From the NCBI GenBank assembly GCA_965112735.1, contig OZ218959.1, positions 124,001-188,000 of the forward strand: a DNA stretch of 64,000 nt, given 5' to 3'. This document shows positions 11,651 through 23,400 of the stretch, piece by piece. The notes under the pieces are model-generated. The model ran no database searches and was not told where the DNA came from. It worked only from the letters and a program-made list of their open reading frames with translations. How positions within the stretch are numbered: position 1 is the stretch's first letter; each line of letters starts with the position of its first letter. Origin of the DNA: Phaeosaccion multiseriatum. Lineage: Eukaryota > Protista > Ochrophyta, other classes. Made by a program: the position numbers and the translations under genes.

Positions 11651-11686
11651 CTGCCATCTATGATACGGGTCGAATTCTACTTCCCC
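11651..11686. repeat. 36-bp direct repeat, copy 2 (CTGCCATCTATGATACGGGTCGAATTCTACTTCCCC)
   Basis: See copy 1. Confidence 0.9.
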
Positions 11687-11869
11687 GCCGCAGAATCTTG
11701 AATCTTGTGTGGTGTGTGTGTGTGTGCATTTGTGACCACGAGCACTGCTCCTCGAAACGCATCCGCTGTGGGAATTCTCTGTTGTGTTTGGCCGCGAGAA
11801 CTCTGAGAATCTGTGCACGATCACGATTGGTCTCGCGCCACCAAATTTCTTCTTCGTTTGGGCTAACAA

Positions 11870-12057
11870 GTGCCATATGTTGACTCTATACAGGAGTGCC
11901 ATATAGTGCCATAGAGTGCCTCCATTCGCCATATCTTGACTCCGTACAGGAGTGCCATAGAGTGCCATTCTTCCTCCGTTCCTCCATAGAGTGCCATATG
12001 TTGACTCCATACAGGAGTGCCATAGAGTGCCATATGTTGCCTCCATGCAGGAGTGGC
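11870..12057. repeat. Degenerate tandem repeat (caggagtgccatagagtgccata...)
   Basis: About 4 units read directly. Confidence 0.8.
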
Positions 12058-12225
12058 ACATCGGAGGGGTGCTCAGCGTTCGCTGACAGGTCTATGGTAT
12101 TATTAACAGATTGAGTGGTGACGAATGTGAAACATACGAGCAAAGCCAAAAAGCCATCAAAGCCATCAAAGCCATCATTGCCCCACTGATGCGCTTGTCG
12201 TGTGCGCGTCAGTGGGGCAAACAGG

Positions 12226-12386
12226 GCTAGCTCGGCAGGCAGGTCTAGCTCGGCAGGCAGGTCTTACTTGGCAGGCAGGTCTAGCTTGGCAGGCAGGTCT
12301 AGCTTGGCAGGCAGGTCTAGCTTGGCAGGCAGGTCTAGCTCGGCAGGCAGGTCTTACTTGGCAGGCAGGTCTAGCTCGGCAGGCAG
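12226..12386. repeat. 18-bp tandem repeat (ggcaggcaggtctagctt/c)
   Basis: About 9 units. Confidence 0.9.
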
Positions 12387-12611
12387 CGCTCGTTCTACAG
12401 AGGACACGTGTGCGAAGCCGCTCCCCTCCCCTCCCCTCAGACCTCTCTCAGAGCGGTGATCTCCTGCCCCCCCTGCCCCCCCTGCCCCCCCTGCCCCCCC
12501 TGCCCCCCCGGCGTCTCTCCAGCTCCAGCTCCAGCTCCAGCTCCAGCCTAAGTTCCAGCTTAAACTTAAGTTCCAGCTGCAGCTCCAGGTGGGACGTGTA
12601 ACAGACGAGAC

Positions 12612-12828
12612 GCAGCTCCAGCCTAGCAGCTCCAGCTTAGCAGCTCCAGCCTAGCAGCTCCAGCCCAGCAGCTCCAGCTTAGCAGCTCCAGCTTAGCAGC
12701 TCCAGCTTAGCAGCTCCAGCTTAGCAGCTCCAGCTTAGCAGCTCCAGCCTAGCAGCTCCAGCCTAGCAGCTCCAGCTTAGCAGCTCCAGCTTAGCAGCTC
12801 CAGCTTAGCAGCTCCAGCTTATCTCCAG
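12612..12828. repeat. 14-bp tandem repeat (agcagctccagctt/cct)
   Basis: About 15 units, just 3' of the gamma-tubulin stop. Confidence 0.9.
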
Positions 12829-12877
12829 GTGGGATGTGTACATACACGACAGTTTCGCATGTCCTGTGGTCAGAGGG

Positions 12878-12909
12878 CTAAACGCCCTGGGACGGTGGCA
12901 GCGCCGCCG

Positions 12910-12942
<33 letters not shown>

Positions 12943-15775
12943 AGTTGACATAGTCAGGCGACTCGCAGGCCCTGTACTCGTCGATGAGCGTGTTCACGAC
13001 CTCGCGCGAGTCCTCGAACTCGTCCAGGTTCTCCGCGAACATGGGCTCCCTGTGGGTACCCAACAAGGACAACAAGGGACAATGGACGGAAACAGTGAGC
13101 GACGGAGGGAGGGAGGGGAGGGAGGAAGCGAGCATGTGAAGGGCAGGGCCCTATGGCACCCTCTGTCTGTGTGTCTCTGTGCGTGTCTGTCTGTGTGTCT
13201 GTGTGTGTGTCTCTGTATGTCTCTGTGTGTCTGTCTGTGTGTCTGTGTCTCTGTGTGTCTCTGTGTGTGTCTGTGTGTGTCTGTGTGTGTCTGTGTGTGT
13301 CTGTGTGTGTCTGTGTGTGTCTGTGTGTGTCTGTGTGTGTCTGTGTGTCTCTGTGTGTCTGTGTGTGTCTGTGTGTCTCTGTGTGTGTCTGTGTGTGTCT
13401 CTGTGTGTGTCTGTGTGTCTCTGTGTGTCTCTGTGTGTCTCTGTGTGTGTCTGTGTGTCTCTGTGTGTGTCTGTGTGTCTCTGTGTGTCTCTGTGTGTCT
13501 CTGTCTGTGTGTCTGTGTCTCTGTGTCTCTGTGTGTGTCTCTGTGTGTCTGTGTGTCTGTCTGTGTGTGTCTGTGTGTCTCTGTGTGTCTGTGTGTCTGT
13601 CTGTGTGTGTCTGTGTGTGTGTGTGTCTCTGTGTGTCTGTGTGTGTCTGTGTGTGTCTCTGTGTGTCTGTGTGTCTCTGTGTGTCTCTGTGTGTCTGTGT
13701 GTGTCTGTGTGTGTCTGTGTGTCTCTGTGTGTCTGTGTGTGTGTGTGTGTCTCTGTGTGTCTCTGTGTGTCTCTGTGTGTGTCTGTGTGTGTCTGTGTGT
13801 CTCTGTGTGTGTCTGTCTGTCGATCTGCGTGGCATCCTGCGGGCCTGCCTGTCATTCTCCTACGGCCCTTCTCAGCGGTGCCTTGGCTTAAGGTGCTGCA
13901 GTTGGTGATACATACTTGCGGTAGTTGTCAATGAAGGCGTTCCTCTTGCGGATCTTGTCGAACTGCTGGAGGGAGCGTGCGAAGAGCTGCGACATGCAAG
14001 TGTGGTTGGCGAGCATCAGACCGGACACCTTGTGCGCTGTCTCCACATACGGGCTCTTGCGAGACAGGGCCACCTGGGTAGAGGGGCAGATGGCAGCAGA
14101 CGGGCAGATAGGCACATGGGCAGACGGGCAGACGGGCAGACGGGCAGGGCGGCGGAGGGGCAAGGGGGTAGGAGAGCCCGTTAGACTCGGCAAGGAGGAA
14201 GAGAGGATGAGAGCCTTGGTACCGCACCCACGCTTCGACTCGAGCCTTCCTTCGGTCTTTGTTCAGCACATGCACGACACACACACACACAGGGGGCTGC
14301 ACCTCTCCCCTGCCCGCCCGAGGCTTCGTCTGGTGCCATCTCCCAACACATTTGACGCCATCCACCCTGAGCACTGCTTTGCACTGCACTGCACTGCACG
14401 GCACTGCACTCACTTGGATGGAGGCCGGTCCCCAGGGGATGAAGCTCACGAGCTTTCTCTCGCGTATCCGTTGCAGCGCCTTGTGCACTTGAGTGGGGTC
14501 AACATCGCCCTATATACAGAGTAGAGCGAGTCGAATGGGTGGGCAGCTGAGTATAGAAGCGCATGACCCCTCCCCTCCCCTCCCCTCCCCTCCGAGGCAG
14601 ATGGTGCAGTGCAGCCCTCCATCGCCCCCCCCTGTGCGCCGATCTGTTGAGCCCTTTGACTGCCATCCTTCACTGACGTCCTCACCTGCACGATGTTGAG
14701 GATGCTGATGTAGCAGCCCTTCTTCGTTGACGCGCTCACCATGATGTTCTTCGTCTGTGTCAGCCGTCTGGAGGTAGACAGGCAGGCAGGGCATCAAGCG
14801 GGGATGGCAGGGGATGACAAGGACGAAGATGAGCAAGCAAGCGGCAGGGCAGGCGGCAGGCAGGAGGCGGGAGGTGTCCCAGGGGGGCAGGACGCGGTGG
14901 GCAGGGAAGCATTCGATCGATGCCCTCCCCCCCCCCCTCCTACTCGAGCAAATCGACGGGACTCATGTCCCCCCTCGTCATGCTCCTCCTCGTCTCGCGT
15001 GAGTCCATCCCGTGGGCGCAACCCCTTCCCTCCTGCCTGCCCATATGCCTCCCGTGTCTGTGCTCAGCGCGCACTCTCACGCGTGGCCCCCTCCCGTGCC
15101 TACGCTACACCTTCCGCCTTTTCGCCTCCTCCCTACTCCCTCCCTCCTTCCTCCTCCCGACGCACCTCATGACGTCGAGGATGGTTGTTCTCCTTACTGC
15201 ACTCGTCTGAGTGTCACTGAGCACCAGCGGCGTGTAGCCTGGGGGGGAGGGAGGGAGGGAGGGAAGGAGGGAAGGAGGGAAGGAGGGAAGGAGGGAAAGC
15301 GAGAGTGAGTTGCGGGCGGGGAGGGAGGGAGGGAGGGATAGCGAGACGCACACACACACACACACACAGACACACACAGAGAGATACCGATGGAGCGAGA
15401 AAGAGAGAAGGACATAGAGAGAGAGAGAGAGAGGCACTTGCCGGTCATGAGGAAGTGGCAACGCGGTGTGGGGATTAGCGAGGCCACGAGGCCGATGAGA
15501 TCGTTGTTCATGTAGCCGGGGTACCGCAGCGTCGTGGTGGACGCAGCCATGACCGTTGACACGATGGAGTTGAGCTGATTAACCGTCGGGTTGGCGATGC
15601 GCAGGCGGTCCGTGGCGATGGAGTTCAGGGCGGTGTTGTCCAGCACCACCACGCAGTCGGCGTTGAGTGTGAGGCGCTTCAGTGTGAGGATGGAGTTGTA
15701 GGGCTGCACCACGACTGGGGGGAGAGGAGGGGGAGAGGAGGGGGAGGAGGAGGGAGAAAAGGAGAAAGAGAGAGA

Positions 15776-15848
<73 letters not shown>

Positions 15849-16521
15849 GAGGAGGAGGAGGAGGGAGAGGGTTCGTTTGTTCTTTTGTTGTTCGTTCGTT
15901 CGCTCGAGGTGGGCGTGTGTGTATGTGTGTGCAGGGTGGACAAGAGCGGCTCACGGGAGGCTTTTGCTCACAGGGCGCAACGGTCTCCTCGCGCCCCGCC
16001 CCCTCCCCAGCCAGAGCAAGTATGTATACTTCTACCCACTCAGTCACTCACTCACTCACTCACCCATTCCCTTCCTCCCTCCCTCCGTCCGTCCCTCCCT
16101 CCCTCACTCGCTCGCTCACACACTCACGCACTCACGCACTCACCATCGCTCACACACTCACGCACTCACGCACTCACCAGCGCTCACACACTCACGCACT
16201 CACTCACTCACGCACTCACGCACTCACCACCGCTCACACACTCACGCACTCACTCACGCACTCACGCACTCACCATCGCTCTGGCTCTCTGACCAGTTGG
16301 GGAAGACGCTGTACGTCTGAATGAGCTTCTTGGGGAAGTGGTCGTTCAGCCGCTCCAGCAGGTACGACCCTAGGCCGGAGCCCGTCCCGCCCGCGATGGA
16401 GTGTGTGAGAACAAAGCCCTCTAGAGAGTCACTCCCGTCGGCCTCTCTGAACAGATGGTGAAGAGGGGGGGGGGAGGACGGGGGCCGATACAAAGAGAGA
16501 GAGAGAGAGAAGAATGAGAGA

Positions 16522-16563
<42 letters not shown>

Positions 16564-17374
16564 GGGGGTGAACACAATTAGAGGCATATGGACATGCGGA
16601 CGATGAGGTGGTCAGCAAAGCAGAGCGAAGAGCCTGACGACACTCCCCTTGTGCCCATATGCCTCTCTAGCCGCACGCCCGTTTGCCTCTAATGCCTGCG
16701 GGTTCGCCCTCCCGGCTCCAACGGACCTGTCAATCATGTCAATGAGCACCTCCGAGTGCTCGTCTCCTTGGCGATAGCCCGACGCCCAGTTGTTGCCCGC
16801 CCCGCCCCCCTCCTTGCTCATAAACACATTCTCCGGGTTGTAGAGGTTACGATAGCCCTCCTGCTGGATACTGTTGATGACCCTCGGCTCGAGGTCGATG
16901 AGCAGGGCCCTGGGGATGTAGTGGTCGTCGTCGGCTTGATAGAAGAACACATCTTTGCGGTCGTCGCCGCAGGTGGCGTAGTCCTGCAGGATGCCGTCCG
17001 GGCTGATGCCGTGCTCCAAGCACAGCTGCTTCCAGAACTCGCTGCCGACTGGTGGGGGGGGGGGGAGAGGCAGGAGTTGAGGGGGGTGAGATAAAGTGAG
17101 GGACAGAGATGGAGGGGGGGAAGAGAGCAAGTGTAAGGACGGCTGCCAACAGTTAGAAAACAGCCGGGGTCTGTGAACTCACTTTGGTTGCCGCATTGCC
17201 CGACCTATGCGCGTGTATGTGTACAAAGGGGGGGGGGGGGGCAATTCAATAGAGAGCAAGAGAGAGGAAGCAGTGACAAACGTGAGAGACGGATGAGCAT
17301 AGTGAGGTGGTGCAACGAGAGGGAGAGAGGGAGATTGTGTGACTCACCTGCAGGGTGATGATTTCCCTGGGCAT
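12878..17374 (-). CDS. TUBG1: Gamma-tubulin, 10 exons
   Basis: Exons 17374-17348, 17204-17183, 17048-16727, 16446-16274, 15714-15442, 15238-15166, 14767-14686, 14509-14414, 14073-13916, 13049-12878. Translation: [97 protein letters not shown]. Confidence 0.98.
13160..13820. repeat. (TG/TC)n compound microsatellite in the last gamma-tubulin intron
   Basis: Read directly. Confidence 0.95.
15782..15847. repeat. (TAG)n microsatellite, intronic
   Basis: Read directly. Confidence 0.95.
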
Positions 17375-17794
17375 GGTGCGCGCTCACCCCACACGCGTCT
17401 CCGCCTCCCTTCCCCTGCGCCGGCACCCGCGCCTTTCCAGCCACAGCAGCGCCGCTTTACTCTTTGCGATCCTTGGTGTGGATTCAAATTAAGAAACTCT
17501 TCCTCCTCTTCTTTGCAGCCCTTGTGCACTAGAAGTGCATGGAGGACGGATGTGGTGGTCAGAAGACAATGAGAAGGCTTTGGGTGGCTGTCAGCTGCTA
17601 TGAGAGCCAGGGAAAGGGGAAGTAAGGGGAGGTCGAGGGTGGAAGCAGATCGTGCAGCGGGAGGCATTATGGATGGCAGCAGACGGGGAAAAGCCTATGG
17701 GCTTGAAAATACGTTACTCCTTCCCTCACCAGATCCTCATCATTTTCTCTCTGGGAGCAAGGAGCTCACCCACGTGCAAGCAAGGGGCTGCGAG

Positions 17795-20400
17795 ATGGTG
17801 AAGGCGAAGAAAGACGCACCTTCTCCTGCCGCCGCTAAGGGGGCGAATGTGGACTACACGAGACATCCCGTGCTACGCTACGACCCTCCTCCCGATGCAA
17901 CAACAACAACGACAGCGTCAGGAGGGGCGACTGCACGAGGGAAAGCTGTAGAGGAAGAGGTCCAAGGCGACGGATGGGACAGGACGGAGAAGAGGCTGAG
18001 GTCCGTGCCATACTTCTTCCCCCTCGAGTGGAACGACGACGATATCGGTAAGCAGCGCTTCACGGGGGGCGGGGCGAGGTTGGTGGCAGAGAGCTCTCTC
18101 CGTAGGGTGAGCTTCTTTCCTGCCTTGCTAGTCTAGAATTCTCGTCCCCCCTTCCCTTTCTTCTCCCCACTCTCTCTCATTCTCCCTGTCCCTCCCTCTC
18201 TCTCTCTCTCTCTCTCCACCCCTCTCTCTCCTCTCTCTCTCACACACCCTTGCTCAGTGGACGAGGATTGGTGCTCCACCGACGCCCCCTTTGAGGATCC
18301 CCTCAATGCCTTCACAGTGGACAGTGACCTTAAGCCTCTTGTCACCAACTGGCTTCGGCCCCCGGTCTTCCTCAACCCTCCAGCTGTAGGCGAAGGGGAG
18401 GAGGAAGGAGCAGTAGCAGCGGCAGCAGCAACAGCATCCGCAGCGGCGGCAGTGACAGCGGCAAGCAAGGCAGGCAAAGGGGGGGCGGGGGGCAAGGGAG
18501 GAGGGAAGGCGGACAAGGGGGGCAAAGGAAAGGGGGCGGAGAAGGGCGGAGGCAAGGGCAGTACTTCCGCCGCAGGGGCAAAGGGTGGGGGCGGAGCGGC
18601 TCCAGGGGGGGGTCCGGTGGTGTTCGAAGACAAGCAAGTGGATGCGGAGGGCGTTCCTCTGCCCAGAGTGCTTCTTCCCGCCCCGTCGGAGCCCAAGAAA
18701 GAAGAGGTCCCTCCGGAGGGCGAAGGCGCTGCTGAGAGTCAACGTGGGGAAGGAGGAGCGGAAGCATCGGACGCGACACCCGCAGAAGCAGCAGGGCCGG
18801 CCCAGGGGGAGGGAGAGGGGGAGGGGGGGCGCGGGGGCGGAAGGAGGAGGAGCCCCCTCTGCCGCGCAGAACAACGGCGACGAAGAAGGGAAGCGTCTTC
18901 CGTGGGGGCTGTCGTCGGTGTTTGTGAAGCACCCTCCGCTGCCCGCTGCACGCAGCGCAGAAGGAGCGGCAGAGGCAGGGGAAGGGGGCAGAGAAGGAGA
19001 AGAGGACAACCCCACAAAGCAGCAGCAGCAGCCTGAGCCTGAAGACGGGGAGCCGAGTAGTAGTAGAAGTAGTAGTAGCGACAAGGAGGAGGAGGCACAA
19101 GCAGGGGCGCCGCTATTGCCGGGCGGAGAGGAGGGAGAGGCCCCCCCAAGTAGTGCTCGAGGAGGGGAGGGAGGAGGGGAGGGCGGGGGAGAAGGACAGG
19201 GGGGAGGAGAGCCGCAGCAGGCTCAGCAAGCGGCGGTGCTTCTGGCGGTGTTTCACACGCTGTCCGTGCTCCGCGACACCGTGCGAGGCGGTGGGAGCGG
19301 AGGCAACCCCTTCCTGTGGGAAGCCGTGTATCCTCAGGACAAGGAGGGGAGGCCTTGCTACAACCCCGGGGGAAAGTACATGCTCAAGCTGTGGGGCGGC
19401 GGCGGCTGGAGGAAGGTGTACGTCGATGACAGAGTGCCCGTGGATGAGGAGGGGCAGGCACTGGTCGTGATGAGTGGAGACCGCCGCGAGCTGTGGCCGC
19501 TGCTGCTCGCCAAGGGGCTGCAGAAGATGTACGCCCTGGGGGTGGTGGGGGACAGTCATATGGGCGGGGACAGTCATATGGGCCTGACGGTTACATGTGC
19601 CTCCGCCGCGGCCTTCTTCCTGCACAGCCTGACCTCTTGGGCCCCTGCGGTGGTGGACTGCGCAGCGCACCCCCTGAGGGCGGAGGAGGCCGCCGGGCCA
19701 TTGGTGGGCACACCTCTGCTGCCCCTTTCGCTGTTCGAGCTGCCCGAGCCCATGCCCATTGCGTGGGACGAGGAGGACAGGAAGGAGCGCCTCGAAGCCA
19801 AGAGGAGAAAGGCCGCACTCTTCCTGCACAGGCGGAGGAAGAAGAAGAAGATCTTGCGCAAGCAGACCTCGCCCGAGGAGGTGGCGGAAGTAGCGCACGG
19901 GAGGGAGGCGCGAATGAGGGATATCACCGACAGGATCCAACAGGGGGTCAGGCCGGAGGTGCTGCTGCTCGTGGGCAAGAGGGCTCCCCAGGCGGGAGTG
20001 ACAGCAGCAGCAGCAGTTGGTGGTACGGTTGGTGGTGGGACAGTTGGTGGTACGGCGGCGGCAGACGGGGAGGCAGACGGAGCGGGAGTGGCGCAAGCTC
20101 AGCCGTCTGTCGTGTCCATGCTCACCACGCACTCGCAGCAGCAGGTGGTGGTACAGGGAGATGCAGATGGCGGCGGCATGAACGTGATCCTTCCCGTGCT
20201 GGCCGTGGCGGAGGACGAGGACGGCCAAGCGGGAGACTTCCTCGTGCAGTGGACCCCGCCCCCCACCTTCTTCCCCCTGCCCTTGCCCGAGCCGCCTGCT
20301 ACCTCCCCAGCTGGGGCGGAGGAGACTCCGGAAGGGGGCGGAGGTGAGGCACCCTGCCTAGAAGGGTCCGCTGCCGGCCAAAGCGCGGCGAGGGAGGAAG

Positions 20401-20437
<37 letters not shown>

Positions 20438-23400
20438 GCGGCCCTGCGGCGAACAGCCCAGCGCGGCCTCCACTGCTGACTCCAAACACAGGTGAGTGTG
20501 AGTGTGAGTGTGTGAGTGTGAGTTTCACATTGGTGGTGGGTGTCAGTGTGAGTTTCACTTTGGTATATGTATACACATTAGGATGACTTTTTCTACCCGC
20601 CCCCAGCGAGGCCCGCGCAGATGGCAGCGGATGGTGAGACAAGCAGCGCGTGTGGCCTGTCCCGCAGTGCCAAACTCCGCACGTAATAAACGCTTTGCAC
20701 CTAAGGGTTAACACCTCCTTAGGGTTAACACCTCCTTAGGGTTAACACCTCCTTAGGGTTAACACCTCCTTAGGGTTAACACCTCCTTAGGGTTAACACC
20801 TCGCGCCGCTCACTTACCGTCCTGCTCTGCCGCCATCCTTCCCCTCCGCCCCCTCCACCCCCTCCGCCCCCACCCCACCCCACCCCACCCCACCCCCGTC
20901 AGCGCCATCGTGTTCCCATCGCCAGTAACCATGTGGATATCCGCGGCCGAGCTCGTGCAGCGGGGCTTTCACACCGTGCGTTGCTGCACCAAGGTGGGGC
21001 TCAAGTACGGCACCTGCGCCACATCCGAGTGGACGCCTTCGCCCAGCCTCGCCGCCGCCGGAGAGAGCCCTTCCGAGAGGGCCCACCGGGGTCACCTCGC
21101 AAAGCACCCCGGGGTACCCGCTCCCATCTACGTGGCCATCTCTCGCCCGCCGGAGGGGGTCACAGGTGGCGGGGCGGAGGAGGAGTCGGAGTGGGCCGAG
21201 CTCAGCCTGGTGCTGACGGTGGATAGCCAGGTGCAGGAGGAGGAGGGGGAGGAGGGGGAGGAGGGGGAGGAGGACAAGCAGCGCCGTTCTGTGGGGGCGG
21301 TGGTGTCGCTGCAGGAGGTGGAGCCGCTCGAGTCGGATCCCGGCCTGGGCAGGGGCATGTACGCGCAGGTGAGGAAGGAAGCGTGAAACTGTCGTGTAAC
21401 TGTCATGTGACTGGCGTGGAACTGTTGTGCAACTGTCGAGTGGCTTGAAGCTCAATGTCGACCTACCTACTTACGTGCGCTGAAGTGCGCTCCGCCGTTC
21501 CTCCCTCTCTCTATGGGCATGAACATATACATGTATACTGACCATATGCATACATACTGACTATGTACGTATATACTCACTACATACATACCTACACTAT
21601 ATACATTTCTCCTGACAGGTCAATCTGCCCAGCGCGAGGGTGAGTGAGGGCCGTCTCCCCATCTCCTCCTCCACCATGAGGGTGCAGCTGCCACCAGAGC
21701 CGCCGTCGGACACTCCTGCAGTGTCGGCAGGCGTGACGCCACGGTCGGAGGGGGAGGAGGGGGCAGGGGGGGAACACGACGCGGCGCAGGCGGAGGCGGA
21801 AGAGAACGAGGAAGACAGCGCCTCCTTCCAAGCAAGAGAGGGAGGAGGAGGAGGAGGAGGAGGAGGAGAAGGAGGAGGAGAAGGAGGAGAGGCCAGTAGG
21901 AGCCTGAGCACCAGCGAGGGCACCCCCCTGGGGCCGGGGCACACCCCCCGGGGCAACACCCCCTGGGGCAACACCCCCTGGGGCAACACCCCCCGTGTCA
22001 GCGGCAAGGGCAAGGCTCGCCCGCGGCTGTTCCGCGTGCTGTTTTCCCCCTCGTCTGTCGGCTACGTGCTGGAGCTTGCCTGCTCCAAGCCCATCTCTTG
22101 CGGAGACGCGGCGCAGGTGTGGTCGGGGGAGGGCATCGGCCTGCCTGCCGTGGTGGACAGCGGAGAGTACGAGGCCCTTAGCCCTGGGGACTGGGCCATC
22201 ATGTTCAGGAGGGTGGTGAGGGTGGCACCTGTGCCCGCTGAGCCTACTCCGCCAGCTCTCTTGTGTACTTCGGTCTCTTCGGTCGGTGCCGCCACTGCCG
22301 GGGTTGGGGCCGACGGGTCCTTGTTGTCCGGGGAGGGCGGAGGGGGGGAGGAGGAGCACCCAACGGAGGCCATGGAGGCTACCACTGTCAGCACCCTGGC
22401 CCCCGAGGAGACGGAGGGCAGAGGGAGCAGGAAGGAGAGCAGAGCAGCCAGGAAGGCCTCGTCGGCGAAGAGGAAGCCTTCCCTCGGTAACGGGCCCCTC
22501 GGCAAGAGGGGCAAGAGGGAGGGGAAGGGCAGCGTCGTCCTCCAAGCTGGTGACAAGGGGGCAGGGGGAGGGGCAGGGGGAGGGGAAGACTCCTCCTTGG
22601 TGTCGGCATCGCTCCTCACGTCCACGACAGAGGACAGCAGCAGCCTCGCAGGCAGTCTCGAGGCCGCCAGGAGTCCCATCGGCGAGGCGGAAGAGGTGCC
22701 GGCGGTGGCACGTGTGCGCGTGGTGCTGCATCTGCCCGACCCCAGCGTCATCCCCTTCGTGCGCCTGGTGGTGCTCGACAACGACTCTGGATCACAGTTG
22801 GCGCTTCCCTCGCTGTCCTCCTACCCGCTGCTGCTGCCCTCCAACGAGAGAGGGCACACCGTCATGGCTGTGTCGAGGAGCCCTCACAAGGCCCTCCCTA
22901 AGGGTGCGTGGCGATTGCTTCTTCTCAGTGACCGGCCTCTTCTCGACGCGCAGCCAGCAGCAGCGGTGCCTGACACAGCCGCCGCACCAGCAGCAGCATC
23001 CGCACCAGCCGCCGCAGCAGTTGGTGATACAGCGGAGGGCCGTCTGGAGGCCCTCCCCTGTGGTGTGCGGCGTCTGTTCGCGGGTTGGTACTCCCCCAAC
23101 AAGTACCTTCGTCTGTTCCGCGACGAGCTATCTCCGTCGTCCTTCTGCCCCCTCGCGCTGAGGGCCAGCACGCCCTCGCACTCTCTTCTGTTCCTACGAT
23201 TGCAAGTATGGGACAAGCGCACGGGCAAGCTGCTCGCGGAGGGGGGGGGGCGTAAGACGGTGGAGCTACTGCGCATCGTGCCCCTGCCCAGGGAGAGGGA
23301 GGATGGCAATGGAGGGAAGATGGAGGAGGCGGCAGGAGGGGGGGTGGCCTCTAAGGGGGCGGGCAAGGCGGCTGGTGCAGGGGCGGGAGCAGGGAAGAAG

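Noticed and set aside
11590-11690. tRNA or Pol III gene suggested by the B-box-like GGGTCGAATTC
   Set aside because: No cloverleaf, A-box or oligo-T terminator could be built.
12836-13934. Cys/Val- or His/Thr-rich ORFs
   Set aside because: Translations of the intronic TG microsatellite.
18815-18835. Programmed frameshift or pseudogenisation of the ADGB-like gene
   Set aside because: The shift falls in a G7 homopolymer; deleting one G restores a sensible frame, so a sequencing error is most likely.
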